A stretch of 64,000 bases of DNA from Macrostomum lignano (lineage: Eukaryota): the NCBI GenBank assembly GCA_002269645.1, contig NIVC01000280.1, forward strand, positions 248,001 to 312,000, read 5' to 3'. The position numbers and the translations under genes were made by a program. Position 1 is the first letter of the stretch. The number at the start of each line of letters is the position of its first letter. This document shows positions 1-12,109 of the stretch, piece after piece. The notes under the pieces were generated by a model. The model did no database searches. It saw only the letters and a list, made by a program, of their open reading frames with translations, and had not been told where the DNA came from.

Positions 1-3000
1 TCAAATCCGCCAGCTCGGCGTTGCGGAGCTCCAGCATCGAGCTCAGCGAGCTGATCTCGTCTGGCAGGTGGCGGCGAATCGACTGGGAGGGATGAGAGTG
101 GGGATAATTATGGATTTGGTCAGGCTGGGAATCAGTTTGGTCAGGTTGGGGATCAGTTTGGTCAGGTTGGGAATCAGTTTGGTCAGGCTGGGGATCAGTT
201 TGGTCAGGTTGAGGATCAGTTTGGTCAGGTTGGGAATCAGTTTGGTCAGGCTGGGAATCAGTTTGGTCAGGTTGGGGATAAGTTTGGTCAGGCTGGGGAT
301 AAGTTTGGTCAGGCTGGGAATCAGTTTGGTCAGGCTGGGAATCAGTTTGGTCAGGCTGGGAATCAGTTTGGTCAGGCTGGGGATCAGTTTGGTCAGGCTG
401 GGAATCAGTTTGGTCAGGCTGGGGATCAGTTTGGTCAGGCTGGGAATCAGTTTGGTCAGGCTGGGGATAAGTTTGGGGATCAGTTTGGTCAGGTTGGGGG
501 ATCAGTTTGGTCAGGTTGGGAATCAGTTTGGTCAGGTTGGGGATAAGTTTGGTCAGGTTGGGGGATCAGTTTGGTCAGTTTGGGGATCAGTTTGGTCAGG
601 TTGGGGATCAGTTTGGTCAGGCTGGGGATAAGTTTGGGGATCAGTTTGGTCAGGTTGGGGATCAGTTTGGTCAGGCTGGGGATAAGTTTGGGGATCAGTT
701 TGGTCAGGTTGGGGATCAGTTTGGTCAGGCTGGGGATAAGTTTGGGGATCAGTTTGGTCAGGTTGGGAATCAGTTTGGTCAGGTTGGGAATCAGTTTGGT
801 CAGGCTGGGAATCAGTTTGGTCAGGTTGGGGATCAGTTTGGTCAGGTTGGGGATCAGTTTGGTCAGGTTGGGAATCAGTTTGGTCAGGCTGGGAATCAGT
901 TTGGTCAGGTTGGGAATCAGTTTGGTCAGGTTGGGAATCAGTTTGGTCAGGTTGGGAATCAGTTTGGTCAGGTTGGGGGATCAGTTTGGTCAGGTTGGGA
1001 ATCAGTTTGGTCAGGTTGGGAATCAGTTTGGTCAGGTTGGGGGATCAGTTTGGTCAGGTTGGGGGATCAGTTTGGTCAGGTTGGGAATCAGTTTGGTCAG
1101 GTTGGGGGATCAGTTTGGTCAGGCATGAAAATTCTGCTTAATTCTGCTTAAAAATCTGCTTTTTATATTACTGTAAGTAAAAATGATGGAACATTTTTGT
1201 TTCAGAAGAATGAAAATATTCAGACCTGCCCTGTGCTGTCCTCAGTCAGCGAGGCGAACTGCGCATGCAGCAGCTGCAGGTTGCCCGGCGACACGACTCG
1301 ATCGTCGTGCGACACGGTGGAGGACGGACTGGCGCACGCCTCGCCTGAGCTCGTTGAATTTGGCCGGAACGGCGACTCCCCGTCTGGCGACTGGGAAATG
1401 GGATTGCGGATTGGGATTTGAGGGAAGGGGCGAAATGGGTAACGGTATTTATTCTTGGTGGCGGCGTTGGAGACCTAAGGAAGGGAAATTGAGGATGGGG
1501 AAGTGGGGATGGGGAAGTGGGGATGGGGAAGTGGGGATGGGGAAGTGGGGATGGGGAAGTGGGGATGGGGAAGTGGGGATGGGGAAGTGGGGATGGGGAA
1601 GTGGGGATGCGGAAGTGGGGATGGGGAAGTGGGGATGGAAAAGTGGGGATGGGAAAGTGGGGATGGGAAAGTGGGGATGGGAAAGTGGGGATTGGGGAAG
1701 TAGGGATGGGGAAGTGGAGATGGGGAAGTGGGGATGGGGAAGTGGGGATGAGGAAGTGGGGATGGAAAATGTGGCGATGGGGAAGTGGGGATGGGGAAGT
1801 GGGGATGGGGAAGTGGGGATGGGGAAGTGAGGATGGGAAGTGGGGATGGGAAGTGGGGATATGGGAATGGCAAACAGACCTTGGCATCTGAGCTGTCGCT
1901 GAAGCCACTCCTTATCTTGAGCTCAGCGTAGGCGGCCTGCAAATCCTGCAGCTTTTTCTGAAAGAAGCAGATTAGTGACAGATTAGTGACAGATTAGTGA
2001 CAGATTAGTGACAGATTAGTGACATATTCAGATTAGTGACATATTCAGATTAGTGACAGATTCAGATTAGTGACAGATTCAGATTAGTGACAGATTCAGA
2101 TTAGTGACAGATTAGTGACAGATTAGTGACCGATTAGTTACAGCTGAGTCCACAACTCGATTATGCGGCAGGAAAATCGATCAGCAGCTTACGGTGAGGT
2201 GCGACTTCATGGCGTCAAATCGAACGCCAAGCTCGCGGACTTTGGCCTCGTGTTGGCGCTGCAGATCTGCGGGCGAGAGGCGAGAGGGAGGGGTAGATAG
2301 AGAGGGAGATTTGGACTGAGAGGATCAGGGAGACAGAGAGGAAGATGAGAAACAGAGAAGGCAGAGAGGGAGAGAAAAAGGGAGACAGAGAAGTAGGCAG
2401 AGAGGGAGACACAGAGGTTGAAAGAGGGAGAGAGGAAGACAGAGAGACAGAGAGGGAGACAGAGGGAGACAGAGAGGGAGACAGAGGGAGAGAGGGAGAC
2501 AGAGAGACAGAGAGGGAGACAGAGGGAGAGAGGGAGACAAAGGGAGAGAGGGAGACAGAGGGAGAGAGGGAGAAAGGGAGACAGAGGGAGAGAGGGAGAC
2601 AGAGAGGGAGACAGAGAGGGAGACAGAGGGAGGCAGAGAGGGAGACAGAGGGAGGCAGAGAGGGAGACAGAGGGAGGCAGAGAGGGAGACAGAGGGAGAG
2701 AGGGAGACAGAGGGAGAGAGGGAGAAAGGGAGACAGAGGGAGAGAGGGAGACAGAGGGAGAGAGGGAGACAGAGGGAGAGAGGGAGAAAGGGAGACAGAG
2801 GGAGAGAGGGAGACAGAGGGAGAGAGGGAGAAAGGGAGACAGAGGGAGAGAGGGAGAGACAGAGGGAGAGAGGGAGACAGAGGGAGAGAAGGAGAAAGGG
2901 AGACAGAGGGAGAGAAGGAGAAAGGGAGACAGAGGGAGAGAGGGAGACAGAGAGAGAGACAGAGAGGGAGACAGAGGGAGGCAGAGAGGGAGACAGAGGG

Positions 3001-6000
3001 AGGCAGAGAGGGAGACAGAGGGAGGCAGAGAGGGAGACAGAGGGAGAGAGGGAGACAGAGGGAGAGAGGGAGAAAGGGAGACAGAGGGAGAGAGGGAGAC
3101 AGAGGGAGAGAGGGAGACAGAGGGAGAGAGGGAGAAAGGGAGACAGAGGGAGAGAGGGAGACAGAGGGAGAGAGGGAGAAAGGGAGACAGAGGGAGAGAG
3201 GGAGACAGAGGGAGAGAGGGAGAAAGGGAGACAGAGGGAGAGAGGGAGACAGAGAGGGAGACAGAGAGGGGGACAGAGGGAGAGAGGGAGACAGAGGGAG
3301 GCAGAGAGGGAGACAGAGGGAGGCAGAGAGGGAGACAGAGGGAGACAGAAGGAGACAGAGAGGGAGACAGAGGGAGAGAGGGAGACAGAGGGAGGCAGAG
3401 AGGGAGAGAGAGGGAGACAGGTGTGAGTGAGAAGTCCAGTTAGCCACAGCAAGCCAGATTTTGGATTCAATGTGCGCAAGCTAGGGGTGGCAAAGTAGTA
3501 TCCCAGAGGCAGCTGTCAGTCAGTGCGGACACCTTGCTCCAGCTCTGCCAGCTGCCGCTGCGCAGCCGCCAGTTCTTCATCGTGCCGTTGTCGCTCCTCG
3601 TCGAGCTCGTCCTGCCGGGACTCCGCAACCGCCGACAGCTGCAAGCGGGGCGGCAGTGGGGGGTCAGGCCGGGGGTCAGTCATTAAGCGCAGTGCCGGAG
3701 GGGGGCTACCAGCAGGTGATGGCTAATGAGTTTAATCTCACACTGTCAAACAGTTAGCGGCAAACGGTTCGGTTAGAAAACTGGCTCATTAATTATGATA
3801 ATTAGTTAACCTTCCATGGCCAGGCGGTGCTGCAGTTTGCACTGTTCAAGCCGCTTGTCCGTGACTTTCTCCGAGGCCGTCTGGTGCGCGTCGTCCACGC
3901 TGGACCGGTGCCTCAGCTGGCGGCGGGTGGCGGCCAGTGCGATGGGGCCTCTGAGCCGCTGTCTGTTCCCCATCTGCCCTTCGCTTGCCTTCCTGACCGA
4001 TTCTGACTTTCTTGTCTCCCGCTCTCCCTCCCTCTCTGTCTCCCTCCCCATCTCCCCCTCTTTCCCCTCTGTCTCCCTCTCTGTCTCCCTCTGTGTCTCC
4101 CTCCCGATCTCCCCCTCTGTCCCCTCTGTCTCCCTCTCTGTCTCCCTCTCTGTTTCCCTCACTGTCTCCCTTTCTGTCTACCTCTCTGTCTCCCTCTCTG
4201 TCTCCCTCTCTATCTCCCTCTCTGTCTCCCTCTCTGTCTCCCTCTCTGTCTCCCTCTCTGTCTCCCTCTCTGTCTCCCTCTCTATCTCCCTTTCTGTCTC
4301 CCTCTCTGTCTCCCTCTCTGTCTCCCTCTCTATCTCCCTCTCTGTCTCCCTCTCTGTCTCCCTCTCTGTCTCCCTCTCTGTCTCCCTCTCTGTCTCCCTC
4401 TCTGTCTCCCTCTCTATCTCCCTCTCTGTCTCCCTCTCTATCTCCCTCTCTGTCTCCCTCTCTATCTCCCTCTCTGTCTCCCTCTCTGTCTCCCTCTCTA
4501 TCTCCCTCTCTGTCTCCCTCTCTGTCTCCCTCTCTGTCTCCCTCTCTATCTCCCTCTCTGTCTCCCTCTCTGTCTCCCTCTCTGTCTCCCTCTCTGTCTC
4601 CCTCTCTGTCTCCCTCTCTGTCTCCCTCTCTGTCTCCCTCTCTGTCTCCCTCTCTGTCTACCTGTCTCCCTCTACTCAGCGCTGACAGCCCCAGCTCACC
4701 TGGGCCTGGTGCGTGCTCTCCACAGCCTCCATCTGTTTGCGGTGCTGCTCCGCCAGCCGACTCAGCGCCTCGTCCCTCTCCTTCTCGATCATCAGGCGAG
4801 TGTTGCGGACCTCCCGGATCTGCGCCTCCCTGGCAGCGGCCAGCTCAGCCCGCTGGCAGCGGTCCCGCTCCGCCAGGTGTTCGGCGAAGCGACTCCGCGC
4901 CTCCGCCTCGCTTGCCTCGGCCGCCTCGGCCCGCCGCCGCTGCCGCTCCGCCTCCCGGCGCAGCCGAGGAGCCGAAAAGCCGTCCAGCTCGGCCGCCCGG
5001 CCGCACACCACCGCCAGGGCGTCGAAGGCCAGAAGGAGACGGCGCTGCTCTGCCATGGCGGCGTCCAGACTGACCTCCTTGTCCGCCAGCAGCACCTGCG
5101 GCGGAGTCCAGGGGATACAGCGTTTGAATTGCAGCCTTTTATGTAGAGCCTTGCCCATCTTCATCGGAATCCCCAGGTTCCACATCAGAATTGTCAGGTT
5201 CCACATTGGAATCCTCAGGTTCCCCATCAGAATCCTCAGGTTCCACATCGGAATCCTCAGGTTCCACATCGGAATCCTCAGGTTCCACATCGGAATCCTC
5301 AGGTTCCACATCGGAATCCTCAGGTTCCACATCGGAATCCTCAGGTTCCACATCGGAATCATCAGGTTCCACATCGGAATCCTCAGGTTCCTCATCGGAA
5401 TCCTCAGGTTCCACATCGGAATCCTCAGGTTCCACATCGGAATCCTCAGGTTCCTCATCGGAATCCTTAAGTTCCCCATTGGAATCTTCAGGCCCCCATC
5501 GTAACTCCAGCCCCACCCCATCCCCAGTCCCACCGCGCCACCGTCACCTGCAGGTCGCAGGCGGTCTGCTGCACGGAGTCCAGCTGAGCCCTGGCCGATG
5601 CGAGCTCCACGATGGTGGGCCGCCGGTGCTGCAGGACGCCTCCGTGATGCTGCTGAGTCAGGTGATGCTGGGAGCCGCCGGCCGGGGAGCTGCAGCCAGA
5701 CGAGGCCTTCGAACTGTTGGCGATCGAGCCGCGGCGTCCGGCACTGACGGCCGAAGGAGGCGGCCGCGCCCGACCAGGGGCTGACGGTGCGGCCTGAGAG
5801 GGGTTGGCGGGGCTCTGTGAGGATGCCAGGTGGGATTTGAGTGTCTGCAAGCTAGGTGTGCAGAGGTGTGCAGAGGTGTGCAGAGTTGTGCAGAGTTGTG
5901 CAGAGGTGTGCAGAGGTGTGCAGAGGTGTGCAGAGTTGTGCAGAGGTGTGCAGAGGTGTGCAGAGGTGTGCAGAGGTGTGCAGAGGTGTGCAGAGTTGTG

Positions 6001-6845
6001 CAGAGGTGTGCAGAGGTGTGCAGAGGTGTGCAGAGGTGTGCAGAGGTGTGCAGAGGTGTGCAGAGGTGTGCAGTAGAGGTGTGCAGAGGTGTGCAGCAGA
6101 GGTGTGCAGAGGTGTGCAGAGTTGTGCAGAGGTGTGCAGCAGAGGTGTGCAGAGGTGTGCAGAGTTGTACAGCAGAGGTGTGCGGAGGTGTGCAGAGGTG
6201 TGCAGAGGTGTGCAGAGGTGTGCAGCAGAGGTGTGCAGAGGTGTGCAGAGTTGTACAGCAGAGGTGTGCAGAGTTGTGCAGCAGAGGTGTGCAGAGGTGT
6301 GCAGAGGTGTGCAGAGGTGTGCAGAGGTGTACAGGGGAGATTTTAAAAGGTTTGTATAAAATATTTTGACAGAATCAGTTGAAATTACCAATAGGATTTG
6401 ATGATTAGCAAATAAGAAAATGTCGCCGAATCTATAAAAACATTTTTACGTTCACGAAATCACGGAACTAGCTACTGATAGCCACTACCACTAGTAGTAT
6501 GCAGCGTGCTTGAATATTAATCAAAAGGAAATATTCGAGCAAACAGTGAGGACAATGGGAACAAAGTTCTCTACCTGGATCGAAGGATAGGTCCCGTTAG
6601 TCTAAAACAGCACCGCCAGAGCTCATAATAAGGTAAGGCAAAAATTTCACACTGAAAAAATATTCACGCAGAATTTAACAACTCTGACAAACCTTCGACA
6701 ATTTTTTAGCGACCCCGGCGGCGCCGCTGCGGCTCGAGGAAGCCACTGACGAAGTTGAGGAGGCCGCCGTGACGGGGGAGCCGGTTGCCTTGGCAACCAG
6801 ACGCGACTGCTGCGGAACCCCTGACGGCCGAACTGCAGCGGGCAT
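1..6845 (-). CDS. Coiled-coil protein, MTUS1/MTUS2/CCDC69-like (3' part of gene; continues off the left edge)
   Basis: GT-AG exons 6693-6845, 5548-5793, 4700-5095, ~3811-3957 (uncertain), 3533-3638, 2193-2266, 1880-1957, 1226-1390, <1-82. Peptides LLLAFDALAVVCGR and DEISSLSSMLELRNAELADL resemble the MTUS1 coiled-coil motifs KFEALTVVIQH and QELESLKAVLEIKN (recalled similarity, no search run). Phases are consistent except around the 3811 exon. Confidence 0.6.
115..1123. repeat. Intronic minisatellite, 21-bp unit GGG(G/A)ATCAGTTTGGTCAGG(T/C)T
   Basis: Direct tandem copies visible. Confidence 0.95.
1495..1866. repeat. Intronic minisatellite, 14-bp unit GGGGAAGTGGGGAT
   Basis: Direct tandem copies. 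Confidence 0.95.
1969..2141. repeat. Intronic minisatellite, 11-bp unit AGATTAGTGAC with longer variants
   Basis: Direct tandem copies. Confidence 0.9.
2277..3420. repeat. GA-rich repeat (AGAGGGAGAC/AGAGGGAGAG units) with higher-order blocks
   Basis: Purine-dominated tandem tract. Confidence 0.95.
4024..4672. repeat. CT-rich 12-bp repeat TCTCCCTCTCT(G/A)
   Basis: Direct tandem copies. Confidence 0.95.
5163..5483. repeat. 21-bp repeat GGAATCCTCAGGTTCCACATC
   Basis: Direct tandem copies. Confidence 0.95.
5856..6330. repeat. 10-bp repeat GTGTGCAGAG
   Basis: Direct tandem copies. Confidence 0.95.
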
Positions 6846-6906
6846 GGGGCATTTTTTGGAGTTTAACAACGGTCTTCAAATAGATTTTTTCGAATGTTCA
6901 ATTGGG

Positions 6907-6910
6907 AAAA
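6907..6910 (-). terminator. Pol III terminator (T4) of the tRNA gene
   Basis: Minus strand reads ...GGTCCA CTTA TTTT; the T run starts 5 nt after the discriminator base. Confidence 0.55.
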
Positions 6911-6914
6911 TAAG

Positions 6915-6989
6915 TGGACCTGGCGGGGTTCGAACCCGCGACCTTTGGATTTTAAGTCCAACGTTCTAACCAACTGAGACTACAGGCCC
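6915..6989 (-). tRNA. tRNA gene, anticodon UAA (Leu by anticodon), class I short variable loop, Ala-type acceptor stem
   Basis: Reverse complement GGGCCTG TA GTCTC AGTTGGTTA GAAC G TTGGA CTTAAAA TCCAA AGGTC GCGGG TTCGAAC CCCGC CAGGTCC A folds as a cloverleaf with perfect anticodon and T stems and one bulged base in the D stem. A and B boxes present; no encoded CCA tail. Confidence 0.85.
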
Positions 6990-7377
6990 GCTGACAAATC
7001 GAGACTTTTTGTTGCATTTAATTTGACCAATTCATCATAAACTTTTTACTTGGGAATTCCAATCACAAATATAGCTGCAATACGCCAAACTCCTACTGAC
7101 AGTAGGAAATGCGCACATTTGCTGTATTACGCCCTGCCAGTTAGATCTATTTTTAGACTGACAGGCTCTGCCTATGCACCGGCTTGCTTTTACGCCGATA
7201 AAGTTTCGCAGAGTGCAAGGAACAACCATAGCCAGCTAACTTAAAAAAGTTCATTCTTCTAAAAAATACTCTTGAAATGCTCAGTAAGAAACAAGCGCGA
7301 ACTATGGCTACACTGGGTTGTTTATCCCACTCTTTTTAATCCCCATTTTCCTTGTTATCCAGTCGAAAGTCGCTCAC

Positions 7378-9339
7378 CGCCAGGTCTGGCCAGCGATGAC
7401 GAGGCACAGGCAGCCGCCGTCGGGACCGCCCGCTTGACTGCCTGGCTGCCGACCGCCTGAGGCGGCGACTTCAGCTTTGTCGGCACTGTTGCTGTTGACG
7501 GAGTCGGCAGGGCCGACTGTCGCCTTGACGACGCGGTCGTTGAACTCTTAGTCGCAGCGGCAGATGCGGCGGTGCTGGCGGCGCTGGCAGCTTCGGAGGC
7601 CGGCACGCTGGCGCGCCGATTTGAATTCGAACTTGAAGCATTCGAAGTAGGCGTCTTCAAAGTCGGTGGCTTTGAAGTTGCCGCTGTTGCTGCTTGCCTA
7701 GCAACCGCTGCCGGTCTGGCCCAGCCGACAGACGAGGGAGGCGGAAGGCCGCTAGACCGCCTTGCTGCCGGCGACGGTGACGAAGCGACAGTCGGGGACG
7801 CCACAGCTGCCGCCGACGTTTTGGTCGATTTTGGCGTCACCGGCGTCACCGTCTGCGGCTTTCGCAGTCCCGTAGGGGTTTTTAGCGAGGTTGCTGGCGC
7901 TGGCGCAGGTGCTGGCGCAGGTGCGGGCGCTGGCGCGGGTGCTGGCGCGGGTGCTGGGGTGGATTCAAAGCTGTCAGCTGTGGTGCGAGTGGTCCTGTCA
8001 TCCGATTCTGTAGGGCAGTAGCCTGAAGATTGAGAATGGTAAAATATGAGAAAATAGCGCCTTAAAAAGTCTGCAGGGTGTTCTGCAGGATGTCTGCATG
8101 TGTCTCAGGGTGTCTCAGAGTCTGCTGAGTGTCTGCAGGGTGTTCTGCAGGGTGTCTCAGAGTCTGCAGGGTGTCTGCAGGGTGTTCTGCAGGGTGTCTC
8201 AGAGTCTGCAGGGTGTCTGCAAGGGTGTGTGCATGTGTCTCAGGGTGTCTGCAGGGTGTCTTAGACTGTGCAGGGTGTCTGCATGATGTCTCAGAGTCTG
8301 CAGGGTGTCTGCAAGGGTGTGTGCATGTGTCTCAGGGTGTCTGCAGGGTGTCTCAGAGTCTGCAGGGTGTCTGCAAGGGTGTGTGCATGTGTCTCAGGGT
8401 GTCTGCAGGGTGTCTTAGACTGTGCAGGGTGTCTGCATGATGTCTCAGAGTCTGCAGGGTGTCTGCAAGGGTGTGTGCATGTGTCTCAGGGTGTCTGCAG
8501 GGTGTCTCAGAGTTTGCAGGGTGTCTTAAAGTCTGCAGGGTGTCTGCAGAGTGTCTCAGTATCTGCAGTATGTCTCAGAGTCTGCAGGGTGTCTGCGGGG
8601 TGTCTCAGAGACTGCGGGGTGTCTCAAAGGCTGCAGGGTGTCTGCAGGGTGTCCTAAAGTCTGTATGGTGTCTGCAGGGTGTCTACAGGGTGGTCTGCAG
8701 GGTGGTCTGCAGGGTGTCTCAAAGCCCGCAGGCCCCCAGCGCACCCGTATCGGCGCTGTCGGCGGCTCCCTCCATTTCGGCCACCGCGGCAGCCACCGCG
8801 GCCGCCTCGGCGACAATGATGTCGTGAAAGTCGGCGTCGCTGGGCGGCTCCGGCGGCTCGAGGCTGAAGGTGTTGCGCCGCTGCCGTTGGCGAGGCGTGG
8901 TCGCTGCGGCGTCGCCGTCCTCGTCGCTGCAGTTGGCGTCAGCAGCGGTGGCGCCGGCGGCCGCGGGCTGCGGCGGATTCTCCGCGGGTACCGCCTTCTG
9001 CGCCGAGACTGTCGGCAGCTTTGACGAAGCCGACGAAGGCGCCAGGACTCGAACTCCGGACGGTGCCGACGGCAGGGTGAGGCGCGACTTCTTGCCGGGG
9101 TAGCCGACGGACAGCTCTGTCCCGGAGTTTGGCGAGCAGCTGGACTCTGACTGGCCGCTGCGACCGGCGGCGGGGTCGGGCGGGCTGGCCGGCACGAACA
9201 CCTTGTTGGGGTGCTGCATGCGCAAGGGGGACACCAACCCGCTGCCGCTGCCGCTGCCGCTGCCTGAGACGGTGGAGACGCTGCCTGGCTGAGGCAGTCG
9301 AGAAGTGCGACAGTCCTGAAGTTCATTTGCGGTTAGCGA
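7378..9339 (-). CDS. Two large Ser/Ala/Pro/Thr-rich exons, probably the disordered N-terminal part of the MTUS-like gene
   Basis: Exons 8745-9339 (595 nt, phase 0 to 1) and 7378-8022 (645 nt, phase 1 to 1) join in frame with canonical GT/AG. First in-frame ATG at 9219 (MQHPNKVFV). Junction to the 6693 exon not resolved. Confidence 0.55.
8068..8718. repeat. Mosaic repeat of GGGTGTCTGCA and GTCTCAGAGTCTGCA subunits
   Basis: Irregular tandem subunits with longer duplicated blocks. Confidence 0.85.
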
Positions 9340-9342
9340 CTT

Positions 9343-9539
<197 letters not shown>

Positions 9540-12109
9540 CAGGTCATAAAGCCATAGCAACTGTAAATGTGTAAAACCGGCAAGAGCTACAGCTACGAGT
9601 ACAAGCAGTTTTATTGCGCCAAGCGAGCTAAAAATAGAAGCCTGAGGCTAAGCGCAAATGAACTGAGGCGTGAGGCGGGACGAGCTCAGTTCGCACGCCG
9701 ACAGTCAGAGCAGGGCAGAGAACAATGGAACCACCTGACCCCCAGCCATGCTCTCGGCTACTCAGTACACAGTCTAGAAATGTTTATGAAGCGCCATACA
9801 GCCAGCCGAGACAGCAGAGACCCCTTGAATTATATTGAGAGCAGTAAGCCGGGGTTAAGAGACTGGCATGCTCCAACAAGCTCGCAACAGCCCAGTCTGA
9901 CAAAGCCACCCACCCCGAGTCTTAACAGACGCTGCATTTAGCGAATAATCAAACGGACATTGGTTTGCAGCTCAGACAAGACTCAAGAACTCCGAGGCTC
10001 TTGGCATCGGCCACCCACACTGGACCCACCACTAATCTAATTTAATACATTGTGGCAGCCTAGGCTGCCCTTTATTTTCAAGAATAGATTGTTAACGTCG
10101 ATGGCATTAAAACTCAAAGCAGGGAATACAAAGAGTCATAGAAATTCAAATACTTCTGATTAGAGCATTAAAATAGTAAAAAATCAACATGAATGCATAC
10201 AAATGTGAAGGGAAATGACTTGAAAAGTACACAAAAACTTTAGAAAATTCATTAACAAACTAATGCTAGTCTCTAATGAATTCTTTTGTCATACAATAAT
10301 TTAATTCTGATTCAAAATTTTTATTTAAAATTAAAAAAATATTTTTTAAATTGAGATTTTGCTGTGAAAAAAATGCATTTTCTAAGGTGACCATATGAAT
10401 TTAAGCAAGAAAATAAACAATAAAAGAATATCAGATGCACCTGTACAAAAATAATTTTTGCTATGTTACAATTGATGTTGATACCTTTCTTTTCAATTCC
10501 TAATTTTGAAAAACAAATTGATAAAATTAAATTTTTCATTAGGCATACTGTGCTTCTATTCTAATAAATAGATAGCTATAACACCTTGTACTACTTTATA
10601 TTCGAGTTAAGTTTGCTCTAGTATCGACTAGTGGCGCTTAAATATCAGTCAAAGAAAAAACAAAACATATGATTATAAATAATGAATTAGTATTTATGCT
10701 TTAAAGAGAAAACACATAGACCATGAATATGCGAATTCCTAATAATACACACTTATAAAGAAACCATATGTATATGAGATGGATTCTGTTGAAATATAAT
10801 ATAAATTGAATGAAAGTAGATATTCGAAGTTAAGGAAGTCGTCTAACTTATGCTTTCATGATTATGAAGAGAGTCGCGAGTCGCGACCAAAAAGTCTTTA
10901 TGTAAAAGTAAATAACATTTATTAATTATTGAATAACTTTCTCGCAGAATTTCTTTCACTGAGTTTACGATTTAATGCCAAAAAATCATATAAAAGAGTG
11001 TTTCAGTTTCAGATTATGCTGACGCTCTGACAATGAGGTATTTGATATATGATTATTGTATTCACAATACACTAAATCTCTAAGACATGTTTTGTGACAT
11101 TGTCCAGTATTTCAGTCTTGTACTATGTAATAGATTTATTATTTTTATATGTACAGTCAAAGTATCAAGATCAAATTATCGAAGGGAAGCCATACAGTGT
11201 CTTAAAAAGGCCTTTGTAATTAATTATGGCGCACTAAAGCGTATATGAAAGCATTTTTGGGGTAATATGATGAAGATGCGTGCAAGAACTGTTATTACCG
11301 CGCTCTACTTTGTTATAACGGAGTTTCGTAATAATATGAAAATTGGTGAGCTCCGAGTAAAGCGCTTTGATCATACTCGTACCGACTAATAAAGGCAGAC
11401 AGCAGTCTAATGCAAGTTTTTTTCCATTTAATTTGAGACCCTTTTGTTGGTTTGGGAAATTGAACTATAAAGTTGAGTTGTTAGAGATTTTATTGCATAC
11501 ACATGTACTTATTTTGTTCGTGCAATTATGTTTACGTACATGTATGTATAATTGTTACATGAAGGCCAAAAACGCGTAGGTTCTCATTCTTATAGTATCA
11601 TACATATACACGAGTATATATTTTTGTGTGTACCTAACTGATTCGACGAGATGATAAATTCAACTAGGTGTACATGTATTTCAATGTCTTGTTTTTGACG
11701 CCAGTGAAATACGATTGCAAGTCGTGCGACACAAGAAACTAAGGCAAAACTCTACTTTTATGAAACTATTCAACTCTGAAGTTTATTATGTAACAATTTG
11801 ACACTGGACTGTTAGCGGCTTCTGTGCTTATGTATTTTTGAAGTTTCAGTTACAATCAATAACATCATGGAGGCAAAACAGCATGAAACCTTCAAGCAGG
11901 AAAACTGTCAAAGTAAAAATCGATACGAAGAGTTCCTACAAAAAAACAAAGCTTTCCTGTCGAAAGTCCGCTGACCAGAGAGTTAAAGCTAAGCAGATGG
12001 CAAGCTCCAGCGAGCAAAACTGTTGCGCTGACGCAGAAATCGGGATTGTTACTCGATTGCGATCAATCCTTGCATCTCTACTACAAGTAGGCTGAAAGCA
12101 GCGGCTGCA

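Noticed and set aside
6915-6989. Bacterial origin or contamination for the tRNA, whose 5' end resembles bacterial tRNA-Ile
   Set aside because: It is embedded among spliceosomal exons, has a Pol III-type T run and no encoded CCA; similarity over the short 5' segment is not diagnostic.
9567-9941. 124-aa plus-strand ORF with a faint resemblance to a LINE ORF2 C-terminus (WNHL...F)
   Set aside because: Similarity too weak to support without a profile search; no RT motifs, poly-A tail or TSD seen.
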